Position numbers and translations under genes: made by a program. Under the pieces are notes generated by a model, which did not search any database, was not told the origin of the DNA, and worked only from the letters and a program-made list of their open reading frames with translations. A DNA stretch of 64,000 bases from a virus (taxonomy: Duplodnaviria; Caudoviricetes): positions 160,001 through 224,000 of IMG/VR virus record IMGVR_UViG_3300011226_000001; one strand, 5' to 3'. The stretch's first letter is position 1; each line of letters opens with the position of its first letter. Shown piece after piece: positions 27,898 through 37,900 of this stretch.

Positions 27898-30800
27898 GCG
27901 TAACCACGATCGACGGCTTTGCTAAACAGTATATCGCTCTGGCTCGTACTCGCGGTCTGACGCCACGTAACCCAATCACTTTCTTGTTCCGCCCTAATGC
28001 GAACGATCAGACGGAAGTGCATCAGGTTGTTGTGTCTCTGACTGAGCCATCGTTTTCTGAAAAGCCGTACAACCTGATTTGGATTGACGCAAACACTGGT
28101 AGCCCTCAGTATCAGTATGTGCTGCGTCGTACCTCTGCTGTATCTGACGGCAACCACCGTGGTTCATGGGTAACCGTGAATGACTACGCGCAGTTGTTTG
28201 CACAGAAGCAGTTCTTCCGTCGCGTTGTAGAAAACGCATCTGATCTGGGTATCGAAGTAGGTGATCTGGAAATCGCACACGCGACCACCAGCCGTCTGGG
28301 TAGCATCGTTACTAAGACCGAACCTACTGACCCTACGATGCCAATCGCAGTGTCAAGCTCTGACCCACGCATGAGCGATGCGCGTTATCCGACTAATCAC
28401 GATCACCCTGATTATGCGCGTACCATGATTCGCCTGAACTCCACGGCATTCGTTGAAGTCGCAAGCTCTAACGAACCGCAGCCTGGGTATGTTCTGGCGA
28501 TTGTCGATCAAGACCCTGTTAACCCGAACAAGTATATTGGCAAGTGGGTGAAAGCTACTGCTGATAACGTCGAGTGGGAATCTCCTCACTTGCTTAACTT
28601 GCGTATCAGCCTGCCGGGCAATGCAAGCTACATGTCGGACAACAGTAGCGTCAAGCTGAACATCGACGCTGAATGGTCTAACAGCATTGAGCACAACCCT
28701 ACTGGCATTGAGTGGTCCATCGAAGAGAACGTTATCGGTGTGACTATCGCGCAAGACGGTACTGTGACTGCGCCTGACCTAGCTGCTGACGTTGTGCTAA
28801 AAGTCACTGCACGTAAGCGCGACCCTGTTTATGGCAACTGGGTGTCTGCTACCTACGACCTGCTGATTAAGAACGCATTCATCCCTGACGACGAGCTGGT
28901 GTCTATCTCTATCGTTGGTGCTGACTCGCTGTTCTATAAGCAGAAAGAGACCTACACCGTGACTGCTCGCTACAAGTCTGGTGCTGTTGCAACTGTCATG
29001 CCGTCGAACTTCACGGTAGATAAGACGGAAGCTATGTCTCTTGTTGGTCTGCAAGGCACTGCGAAGAAAGTCTCTACAGATACAGTGGCCAAACTGACTG
29101 CGACCTATCAGTACAACGGCCTGACCTTTAGCGCGACGAAGAACGTCACTGTTAAGGCTCAGATGATCACGCTGCTCGAAGTGATGGGTTCTGCTACCAT
29201 CGCATCTCAGGCAAGTGCTGCCTACACGTTTAAAATCACGTGGTCTAACGGCGACACTGAAATGATTACGCCGAACTCTTTCACTGCTGCACCTACTACG
29301 TACACCACTATCAGTGGCAACGTGGTGACTGCGAAGAAAGAGACAACTCAGGACCGCACTGTTGTCCTGACTGCGACGTACATCACTGCTGATCAGACAG
29401 TCTCTGGCAACAAGACCGTTACTATCCTGAAAGAAGACGTTGCGATAACGCTGACCTCTCTTGCTATTCAGGGTGCTAACACAATCCGCAGTGAAGAAAG
29501 CGCGAACTATACGTTCCTTGCTACGTACTCTGACGATCACACCAAACTGGTAGACCCGACTACGTTCACCGCAGACCGTCTCGATATCGTTACTATCGTG
29601 AACAAGACTGTCAACGCAGGTAAAGTGTCTTCTGACATTCCTGTGAAACTGTCTGCCTCGTACACGGAGGACGGCATCACGAAGACTGCAACTCTTGATA
29701 TTCTTATCATGAATGTTGTGCCTGTAGTTGACCTGTCGAGCATCAAGATCGTCGGTCCGTCGTCTGTTCAAGAGAAGACCACTACGCCTTATACCGTACT
29801 GGCCACTTACTCTGACGGACACACTGCAACGATTAGTCCGAACGAGTTCCGTTTGCAGGCTACTTCGCAGTACGCTACGTTCAGCAACTCTGAGTTGGTT
29901 GTTGGCGCTGTACCTATCGCTAACACCAGCGTAACGCTGTACGCGTCGTACACTGAAAACGGTATCACGAAGACTGCAACTCTGCCTGTGTCTATTGTTG
30001 GCAACCCACCTACTGTGACCTCTCTGGAGATTCGTGGTCAAGACTCGATGAACGAGAACACCACTACGACGTTCACTGCGTGGGAAATTCTCTCTGACGG
30101 TACTGATCGTCAGGTAGCTTCACCGACGTGGTCTGTGATTCAGGGTAGCGCTGTTGCAAGCATCGCGCAAACTGGTGTGCTGTCTGCTGGTGAAGTAACT
30201 CAGGACACGACTGTTCTGATTCGTGCGACTTACGATGGGCGTAACGCTCAGAAGTCTGTACTGGTCAAGAACATCATCGTTATCACTCTGCTGTCCGTTC
30301 AGCCGCTGGCCCCATCGCCTGTGTTTGACTTCGGTACTGCTGTTGGTGTGACGCGTGACCTGCACAGCACCCTGACGTTCTCTGACTCTACTACTCGTGA
30401 GGGTACTAGCGGTGAACTGTCCTACACGCTGTCAACTGCTGCTCAAGAATACTTTGAGATTGTTGCTGGAGGCACGACCGGCTGGCGCATTCGCACCAAG
30501 AAAGCACTCAGCGGTTTCTTCGGCACTCTGACGTTCCAACTCAACGTAGTTGCAACTGTCGGTACTGTATCGAAGACAGGCAACGTCCAGTTCACTGTTG
30601 TCGGTCCTACTGACGATGTGAGCACCGTTGAAATCATCGGTCCAGACTCTATCACTGAGGGTACTGTATCTGGTGATTACCTCGTTCGTGTTACTCGCCT
30701 GTCTGGCGCAACGAATGAGTATGCTTCTCTGCCAACGTGGTCACTACCTCAAGGCGCTGCGTATGCAACTATGTCTGTCGGTTCTACTTCAACTCGCGTG

Positions 30801-31904
30801 AAGCTGACCGTACCTGCTAACTCGATTAGCCAGAACCAGACTGCTACGCTTCGTGCCGCTAACGTGACTGTTGACGGTAAGACGTATGCACCTGAGAAAG
30901 TGATTCAGCTTATCAATCAGGCAGCAACGATCACTAAGCGCGAGCTGATTGGTCCTACTGCTGTGAACAAAGGTGAGACTGGTACGTACATTCTTCGCCT
31001 GACGTTCTCTGATAACACGACTGTCGATCTGACGCCTGTTATTACGCGTAGCTCTGGTTCTACTACAGGCTTCACGTTCCCGGGCAACAACACGATTGTC
31101 GGTAACACGGTAAGCACGACGCAGACAGCAATCATCACTGGTACTGCATCGTATAACAGTCAATCGCAGACTGCGAACCTGACTGTGACGAACACGCCAG
31201 CCCCACCGACGCCTGACTCTGTGACTATCACTGGTCCTGCTTCAATCATCGGCGGTGTGACTACTGCGTACACTGCGACTGCTACGCTGTCTGACGGCAC
31301 TACGCCTGATGTGACTGCTGATAGCGGTACAACGTGGTCGGTAGCTGTGAAGTCCGGCACTGCAACAGGCCTGAGCGTTGCTGGTGGCTCGTTGAAGTCT
31401 AACGCTGTTACTGCTGACGCTGTAGTGACCATCACCGTTAGTTACGTTAAGAACGGTAAGACGGTTACTGCGACGAAAGACGTTACGCTCAAGCCGCAAC
31501 AGTCCTCTGACTTGGGTGCTCGCTTCGGCTATCACTCTAAGATCAAGTCCACCAGCGGTTATGATGCGCAGTTCGTACAGGGTCTGCAAACCGCTCTGAC
31601 TACGACTGGTCAGCAACTCCTGAACTGTCCGGGAAATACCAGTACAAGTTCGAACAACGTGTTCTTCTACGTTGCGTGGCCGAAGTCTCTGGGCTATGGT
31701 TACTTCGTCGAATCTGTGCAGGGCTTTGCTGGTTCATGGGATGGTGCGTTGGAGTTCGATGACTTCAACTTTGCTGGTCCTGCCGAAGTAACTATCAACG
31801 GTGTTGATTACGTTATCTATCGTAACGACTTCCCGTTTGATGGTCTGGCGTATACGTTCAAACTGACCTACGGTTCATCTAATCCAGGTTCAGGTATCGC
31901 GTAA
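27894..31904 (+). CDS. Long Ig-like (Big_2-type) repeat fibre/adhesin, 1336 aa
   Basis: About ten ~90-aa Thr-rich repeats of the type L.SI.I.GP.S..E...Y...ATYSDG...TA.L.V. Confidence 0.8.
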   Translation: MSVTTIDGFAKQYIALARTRGLTPRNPITFLFRPNANDQTEVHQVVVSLTEPSFSEKPYNLIWIDANTGSPQYQYVLRRTSAVSDGNHRGSWVTVNDYAQLFAQKQFFRRVVENASDLGIEVGDLEIAHATTSRLGSIVTKTEPTDPTMPIAVSSSDPRMSDARYPTNHDHPDYARTMIRLNSTAFVEVASSNEPQPGYVLAIVDQDPVNPNKYIGKWVKATADNVEWESPHLLNLRISLPGNASYMSDNSSVKLNIDAEWSNSIEHNPTGIEWSIEENVIGVTIAQDGTVTAPDLAADVVLKVTARKRDPVYGNWVSATYDLLIKNAFIPDDELVSISIVGADSLFYKQKETYTVTARYKSGAVATVMPSNFTVDKTEAMSLVGLQGTAKKVSTDTVAKLTATYQYNGLTFSATKNVTVKAQMITLLEVMGSATIASQASAAYTFKITWSNGDTEMITPNSFTAAPTTYTTISGNVVTAKKETTQDRTVVLTATYITADQTVSGNKTVTILKEDVAITLTSLAIQGANTIRSEESANYTFLATYSDDHTKLVDPTTFTADRLDIVTIVNKTVNAGKVSSDIPVKLSASYTEDGITKTATLDILIMNVVPVVDLSSIKIVGPSSVQEKTTTPYTVLATYSDGHTATISPNEFRLQATSQYATFSNSELVVGAVPIANTSVTLYASYTENGITKTATLPVSIVGNPPTVTSLEIRGQDSMNENTTTTFTAWEILSDGTDRQVASPTWSVIQGSAVASIAQTGVLSAGEVTQDTTVLIRATYDGRNAQKSVLVKNIIVITLLSVQPLAPSPVFDFGTAVGVTRDLHSTLTFSDSTTREGTSGELSYTLSTAAQEYFEIVAGGTTGWRIRTKKALSGFFGTLTFQLNVVATVGTVSKTGNVQFTVVGPTDDVSTVEIIGPDSITEGTVSGDYLVRVTRLSGATNEYASLPTWSLPQGAAYATMSVGSTSTRVKLTVPANSISQNQTATLRAANVTVDGKTYAPEKVIQLINQAATITKRELIGPTAVNKGETGTYILRLTFSDNTTVDLTPVITRSSGSTTGFTFPGNNTIVGNTVSTTQTAIITGTASYNSQSQTANLTVTNTPAPPTPDSVTITGPASIIGGVTTAYTATATLSDGTTPDVTADSGTTWSVAVKSGTATGLSVAGGSLKSNAVTADAVVTITVSYVKNGKTVTATKDVTLKPQQSSDLGARFGYHSKIKSTSGYDAQFVQGLQTALTTTGQQLLNCPGNTSTSSNNVFFYVAWPKSLGYGYFVESVQGFAGSWDGALEFDDFNFAGPAEVTINGVDYVIYRNDFPFDGLAYTFKLTYGSSNPGSGIA

Positions 31905-31914
31905 GGAGAATAAG

Positions 31915-32700
31915 ATGCCGGTTAACATGACTTCGTTCCTGTTGCCAGCATCCGCAGCACTCCCATACCTCCTTGAAGACAAATATCTTCGAGGGGGTAT
32001 GCGCTGTCTGCCTACGCTCAATGATCGTGATACAATGTCTGTCGGTAATAAAAAGCCGGGGATGTTGTGTTACGTCACTGAGACCAAGAAGATGTATCAG
32101 CTTGGTGCAGACAACGTGACGTGGGAAGAAGCGAAGTTCGGTGGTTCGAACTATAAGTTTGAGTCACCGTTCGTTACTGCTGTGGATGAAACAGGTCTAA
32201 CGGTTGTTGGACTCGACCCAAGTAAGCAAGTGCCAGAACCTGAGTATGCGGGTATGACCCTCATGTCTGGTGCGAATGGCACAATGTTTTGGGCCGATAT
32301 GAGTGGTAATGAACAGGCAGGTGTGCGTAAGACTGTAGAGTACGAAGCCGCTGACTACATTACGCCCGGCCAACAGCTTGATTTCGATCTGGCGATGAAC
32401 AAAACGGTTATGCTGCTTTCTGTTAAACTGAACGCCTTTGACGTGGAATTGACTGCATATCAAAGTACACTTCGTGATGACAGAAACCCGTATATATTCC
32501 GTTCCACTGCTAATTTTCTCGAAGATGATGGTGTGTTTACTGACGTGGATGAAGACAATAATCCTATCGTTCGTAAGCTGCGTCGATATTCCTTCTTGTC
32601 TAACAAAGACAATACGCCTACAATCTCATGGCGTATGAAGAATATCGGTACATCACCATCGAAACCGAAACTCACTGTAACCTATCTGGTAATGGAGTGA
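31915..32700 (+). CDS. Virion/fibre-associated protein
   Basis: 261 aa; AAGGAG RBS; LRGG...DRD...PGMLCYV...YQL motif seen in phage fibre-type proteins. Confidence 0.65.
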   Translation: MPVNMTSFLLPASAALPYLLEDKYLRGGMRCLPTLNDRDTMSVGNKKPGMLCYVTETKKMYQLGADNVTWEEAKFGGSNYKFESPFVTAVDETGLTVVGLDPSKQVPEPEYAGMTLMSGANGTMFWADMSGNEQAGVRKTVEYEAADYITPGQQLDFDLAMNKTVMLLSVKLNAFDVELTAYQSTLRDDRNPYIFRSTANFLEDDGVFTDVDEDNNPIVRKLRRYSFLSNKDNTPTISWRMKNIGTSPSKPKLTVTYLVME

Positions 32701-32707
32701 TAACCAT

Positions 32708-33694
32708 ATGGCTATTCAACGTGTAAATGCTACTAAGCTCGTAGGTCTGGAAAACCTGACCCGCGATCTCGTTGGCAAAATGATTACGGCTGGCTTCTCG
32801 CTTGTAGCTGTTGACGGCAAGACAGGAACCACCGTAACACCTACTGCTAAGACTTTCTATCTGCTTGCTTCTGATGCTGTCGATCCTCTGTATCAGAATC
32901 AGAAGTGGGGCATCATCCTGTCTGCAAGTGACGCGGACAAAACTCTGGCTGTAAACGTCCTGCCGGATAATCAGGTAAACAGCACTGACTACCGCGCAGC
33001 AAAACGCTCTGACACCGTTGAAATTGGCCGTATGTCTAAGTCTGGTCTGATGACTAACTTCTTCATCGATCTGACCAACGACTGGAAGATGGACCCAACT
33101 GCTGATACGTCTGCATACCCTCTGACGTATGACTTCATCACTACCGACCACGGCATCGCTCTGCACATCAACGCAGAAGGTTTCGATAACACCGGTACTG
33201 CATTTAGTTGGTTCGTTGTTCAGCGCGGCGTTCAGTCTACTGATACCAAACCTGGCGATCATAGTCCTCTGTTTGCAATCTTCTCCTGCGGAGGTGGTCT
33301 GGCAGGCGATCCGGACACATTCAAGCCAGACGCTATTCAGCGCTACACTGTAATCGAAGGGGGTATCTACTCTGCTACGGTTCCACTGTCTGCTGTGCAG
33401 CCGACGCCTGACTCTGCTCCTATCATCAACCCGCTCCAGCAGGTTATGATTGCAGAAGGTAACCGTGCTATCGTTCTGTTCCCGCAGATGATCAACACTC
33501 AGCGCTATGTGTACTTCGCTACACTAGATATGCTGGGTTATACGTCTGCTGACGTTCTCTCTGCTGGCTCCGAAGTTCAGTTGAACCCGCTGAAAGCAAC
33601 GAACAAAACCAAATACCTGGGCATGAACGCTAACGGTAAAGACAACCGTGGTATGCGTCTGATGCTTCCTATTGGCACTGGCGACGCTGCTTAA
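32708..33694 (+). CDS. Virion structural protein (paralog A)
   Basis: Shares TDHG.ALHI, W.VVQR, PLF..FS, INP.Q, NTQRY.Y, GY.SADV.S, GMR with the next gene. Confidence 0.75.
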   Translation: MAIQRVNATKLVGLENLTRDLVGKMITAGFSLVAVDGKTGTTVTPTAKTFYLLASDAVDPLYQNQKWGIILSASDADKTLAVNVLPDNQVNSTDYRAAKRSDTVEIGRMSKSGLMTNFFIDLTNDWKMDPTADTSAYPLTYDFITTDHGIALHINAEGFDNTGTAFSWFVVQRGVQSTDTKPGDHSPLFAIFSCGGGLAGDPDTFKPDAIQRYTVIEGGIYSATVPLSAVQPTPDSAPIINPLQQVMIAEGNRAIVLFPQMINTQRYVYFATLDMLGYTSADVLSAGSEVQLNPLKATNKTKYLGMNANGKDNRGMRLMLPIGTGDAA

Positions 33695-33713
33695 TTAAAG
33701 GGGACAACAACTC

Positions 33714-34895
33714 ATGAACAAACTGATTGTTAAATCTGGTTTCACCAGCAACTTGAAGATGTGGCGCTCAATCCTTGAGGATATGATTGCTAACGGATTC
33801 AAGCTGGTGAGCTACAACGGAACTATCGCGTCCTCTCTGCCGACAACCGACCTTGCGTCTTTCGTTCTCGAAGCGACAGACACTATCGACCCTCTGGCGG
33901 GTACTGGTACAGGTAAACAACGCTGGCGTATCGCCATGAAGGGCACAGAGAAGCGCACTCAATTGTACTGTGCTGCGCCTGAGCAGATTTCTGATACTGG
34001 TACTATTGCCAAGACCGGTACGGCTGCCACCAGCGCTGCCGGTGTACCTGAATATGCTGGTCAGATTGGTGCCCGCTACACTGGCATTACTGGCGGTACT
34101 ACTGGTGATAACGATGTGTGCTTCTATCATCGTGGTATCGCAGGACCAAGTAACTCCGTTTATTACGGTGGTACTATGTCTTACCCGACGAACGCCACCA
34201 ATGCCACTGCTGGTCAGCAGAACACTGACAGCCTGATTTGGGCAGACCCGGAAGCGACTCCGTTCACGTATCATCTGTCCTTCACTGATCACGGCTTCGC
34301 GCTGCATATCGGTGTTGAGGGTCGTGACTCTGATGGCTGCCGTGCTTCCTGGCTCGTTGTTCAACGTGCTATCAACTCTGATGGTACTGTTGTGGTTGAC
34401 GGCAAAGCTCCGTTGTTCTGTATGTTCAGCGTGAACGGTGGCGGCTCAATCAACAACGATATCGAAGTGCGTCCGGTATCGTACAGCCCAGGTTCATTCC
34501 AGATCATGCGCTACACCGTGCGTGAGTCAGACGTGAACGCACCGACTGTACCCGCACCAGCACACGTACACAGCGCTGATAGCTCTGCTGTTATCAACCC
34601 GTATCAGATGGTTCCGTTCTCCGAAGATAACCACTTCGATTTCCGTCTGCCTGCGGGCTTCAATACCCAGCGCTACAGCTACCCGTACGAAATGGATATC
34701 ATTGGTTATGCGTCTGCTGACGTTATCTCTAACGGTACTGAGATCGACGTGCAGGTGTACAACGAAATGGAAGACGACGGTAGCACACCGAAGAAGCGTA
34801 CCTACAAAGCTCTGACTGCTAACAGTCCGAACAACACCGGTATGCGTATCTTCTTCCTCAAAGGCTATAAAGCCAAAGAAGGCTCCGGAGCCTAA
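33714..34895 (+). CDS. Virion structural protein (paralog B)
   Basis: Colinear motifs with 32708..33694. Confidence 0.75.
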   Translation: MNKLIVKSGFTSNLKMWRSILEDMIANGFKLVSYNGTIASSLPTTDLASFVLEATDTIDPLAGTGTGKQRWRIAMKGTEKRTQLYCAAPEQISDTGTIAKTGTAATSAAGVPEYAGQIGARYTGITGGTTGDNDVCFYHRGIAGPSNSVYYGGTMSYPTNATNATAGQQNTDSLIWADPEATPFTYHLSFTDHGFALHIGVEGRDSDGCRASWLVVQRAINSDGTVVVDGKAPLFCMFSVNGGGSINNDIEVRPVSYSPGSFQIMRYTVRESDVNAPTVPAPAHVHSADSSAVINPYQMVPFSEDNHFDFRLPAGFNTQRYSYPYEMDIIGYASADVISNGTEIDVQVYNEMEDDGSTPKKRTYKALTANSPNNTGMRIFFLKGYKAKEGSGA

Positions 34896-34902
34896 TCCTC
34901 AC

Positions 34903-34926
34903 AGGGTGCCTTCGGGCACCCTTTTT
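34903..34926 (+). terminator. Rho-independent terminator
   Basis: AGGGTGCC-TTCG-GGCACCCTTTTT. Confidence 0.9.
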
Positions 34927-34950
34927 AGTTTCCGCATCGTGAGGTGAACA

Positions 34951-37900
34951 ATGGCTGAAATGATTCCTGTAGTATCAGCTACTGGTGCGCAGTCGTGGTC
35001 TGGTAACGTAACTATCCAGAGCCATACTGACGCTCTGACGTTCCGTGTTGTTGGCGGTACGTTTGATGATGCTACCACAGAAAAGGATATCGCACCGAGT
35101 TCAGGTTCAGTATATCCGATTAGTCTTCTGGCTAACGTGACAGTTGCTGCCTCTGCTACGCAACCTGTGCTGCTCTATTACAAAGACGGTGACTTGTGGG
35201 TGCTTGTGCATTCTATGTCTCGCATCTTTGTCCGGCCGCAAACGAAAGAGCTGGATTATCGTCTGGTTACTCGTGGTATGGATGCAATGCCATTGGGCGC
35301 TGCAATCAATCCTACGTATGGCGGTCTTGTGCTTGGTGGTGGCGTTCGTATTCCCACTGTTCAAGACATGCAGCAAGGTAGTGTTGCAAAGTTCTCGGAC
35401 TTCGAATCTACCTTCTTCGACCTGACTAAACCCGTATCAATCGTCCATGACCGTGCAGCCCGTACGCTGTATTACATTCACACTGATGGTGATGTGTCGA
35501 ATACAAAAGTGTTCGGCGGTATGTATGACGTTGATATCGCAGGCTATAAAGTCAGTTACGACTCAACAGGCAAACGCAGTGCTGTAGTGTTCCACAAGTC
35601 AGGGCAAGTAGATGTTCTTGACGAAGCTATGACGCAGTTCGGTGAACCAAAGCAACTCGGATATCAGGTCAACCGTGTTGTGTGTCGTCGTGCTGGCGTT
35701 GGTGCTAACACTGTAGATAGCTACGTTGCGTTTGATGTAGATGGACGTGCGCATTACCTGAATGCCTCGTTCGTTGAAACGTCTGTTAAGTCAGACCAGT
35801 TCTATGTTAACGGCTCTGACAGTTATGATGTGCTGTCAACGCTTGATGGTAAGCTGGTGGGTGGTAATACGGCTGCTGCGCCTGCGTCCGTGTTCTGGTA
35901 TCAGTTCGTACCGAGTTCGTTACTCGTCTTCGGTCATGATGGTACTAACGTCTATCAGTTCAACATTCGTGATAACGTCCAGAACGTTGCTGCTCGTCCT
36001 CTTGTTGCTAACGACCTCGTTGTGTTCAACACGACTGCTGCTTGGACTGCTGCTGGCGGTAAGTTAGTTTCAGGTATGGACACGAACGGTAGCAATGCGC
36101 TGTTTGACTTTGCCTCTGCTGACAGTCCTACGCAGACACGCTCTGGTTGGCCTTACGTTGAACTCCTGACGCCGCCATATACGCAGGAAGATACGTATGA
36201 CCGTTTGTTCTATTACGCAGCGCGTCCTACCACAGGGTTGAAACACTTAGCTATCCGTGACTACACCGTGAACATGCCTGACCTGAGCAACATCAACTTA
36301 GGTCCGTCTGTGACGTTCAAGGTGACTGTCGATGCAGGTGACCCTGATATCGCTCTGCCTATTACCGCACCAGCAGGTGTGGCTGTTGCTGCTACGGTTG
36401 ACGTTACCACAACTGACATTGTTGACGGCAAAGAAGTCACGACAACCACGACCGTACCTGTAACGAAAGTGTACGACGGTCAGGAAGTCACTATCACGCT
36501 GAGTCATGCGTTTATCACAAGCACGTCGTTCCCTGTTTCTATCGGGCGTTCTGTTTATCAGTTCGAGATGAAAGCTGACGACACGCCTAACGCTTTCGCG
36601 TGGCAGAACATTCTGGGTGTTGACAACGACACTTGGAATCGTACCGAAGACGTTACGATCAGTGGCATTAACGTTGCTGCGCCCGTCAGTGTGCTGATTG
36701 ATGGTCAGGAAGACTACGACCGCGTTAAGATCTTTGTGGATGGTGTAGAGACAGCAATGCCTGTGCTCATTCGCAATAATCAAAAGCTCGGCTTCGAGAT
36801 TCTGCATGAGAATAACACGTCACGCATTGACGTTGATGTTGGACAAGGTACTTCACACTTCGGTATCTATACGATTGTCGAAGCGCAGATTGACGTAGGC
36901 CGTCACTGGGCGTACATGCCTATCGGTAAAGAAGTCAAATCTGATGTGTTCAAGAACACAGGTACTATTCCTCTCACGCTGACTATCGACTCTCCCGAAG
37001 GTGCTGTGTTTGCCGGCGGTAGTACGACGGTCACCGTGCCTGTGAATGGAACGACCAGCATTAAGTTCACGCCTACCGAAAACAAGCAGTACACGATCAA
37101 GTTCCACTCTGATCAGTTCAGCTATGAATGGTATGTGTGGGCAGATGCAGAATGGTTAGGAACACCAGCTCCGACTAAACGCGCAGAGCGTTATGTTATG
37201 GGCGATAGCGGTACGTTGTTCATCGACAACATTCCAGACAACTTCTGGACGTACTTCACTGTTCCTGCCGGTATGCTGCTTGACGTTGATGGTGTGCGTG
37301 TTGTTGTAGACCTAGACTCTCGTGGTGTGTACAAAGAGCAAGGCCTTGTTATGGGTCCGTTCGAGTGCGCAGACACGATGCTCAAAATCTACGGTCTGCC
37401 CTCGCACGATCAACCACACACGTTGATGTTTGGCAATGCACCGTTCGGTTGGTTGTATGATATGACGGTAGACCCGTCGTATAGCGCATACGCTACCGAC
37501 TCTGTGCAGATCTTCGACGTGACACCTCAAGACGCTGTTAATGAAGCTGTTGCTATCGTTGATAAGACGTTCGTAGGTACAGGTACGCACAGCGTTAACC
37601 TTGAGCCTGTGTATGACCCAGAGCTTGACGTGCAGCTCCAGTGGAATGACTTCGAACAAGGTCAGACCCATGCGAGTGAGCCTGTATCTCGTGTGGTGGA
37701 TTCTGGTGTGGCCACGAACGAACAGATCATAGCGGGTCATCAGTTTGTTCAAGGCAATGTCGAGAACCCTCAAGTTGTAGCTGGTCCTCAGTTCGATATG
37801 GGTCAGAAGGACTTCGTGGATAACTTCCGCATGTTCGATCTGATTGCGCGTTCTGATATTGTCATCGACAAGTTCGACCTGTTCGAACTCACACAGGGTC

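Noticed and set aside
28797-30041. Long minus-strand ORFs (also 634..1479, 54105..55187, 40227..40850, 49250..49780)
   Set aside because: Antisense shadows of codon-biased or low-complexity + strand genes, with no recognisable motifs
25886-31904. Diversity-generating retroelement (TR/VR pair) explaining the duplicated tip domain
   Set aside because: Both copies are coding, differences are not adenine-specific, and there is no reverse transcriptase in the window
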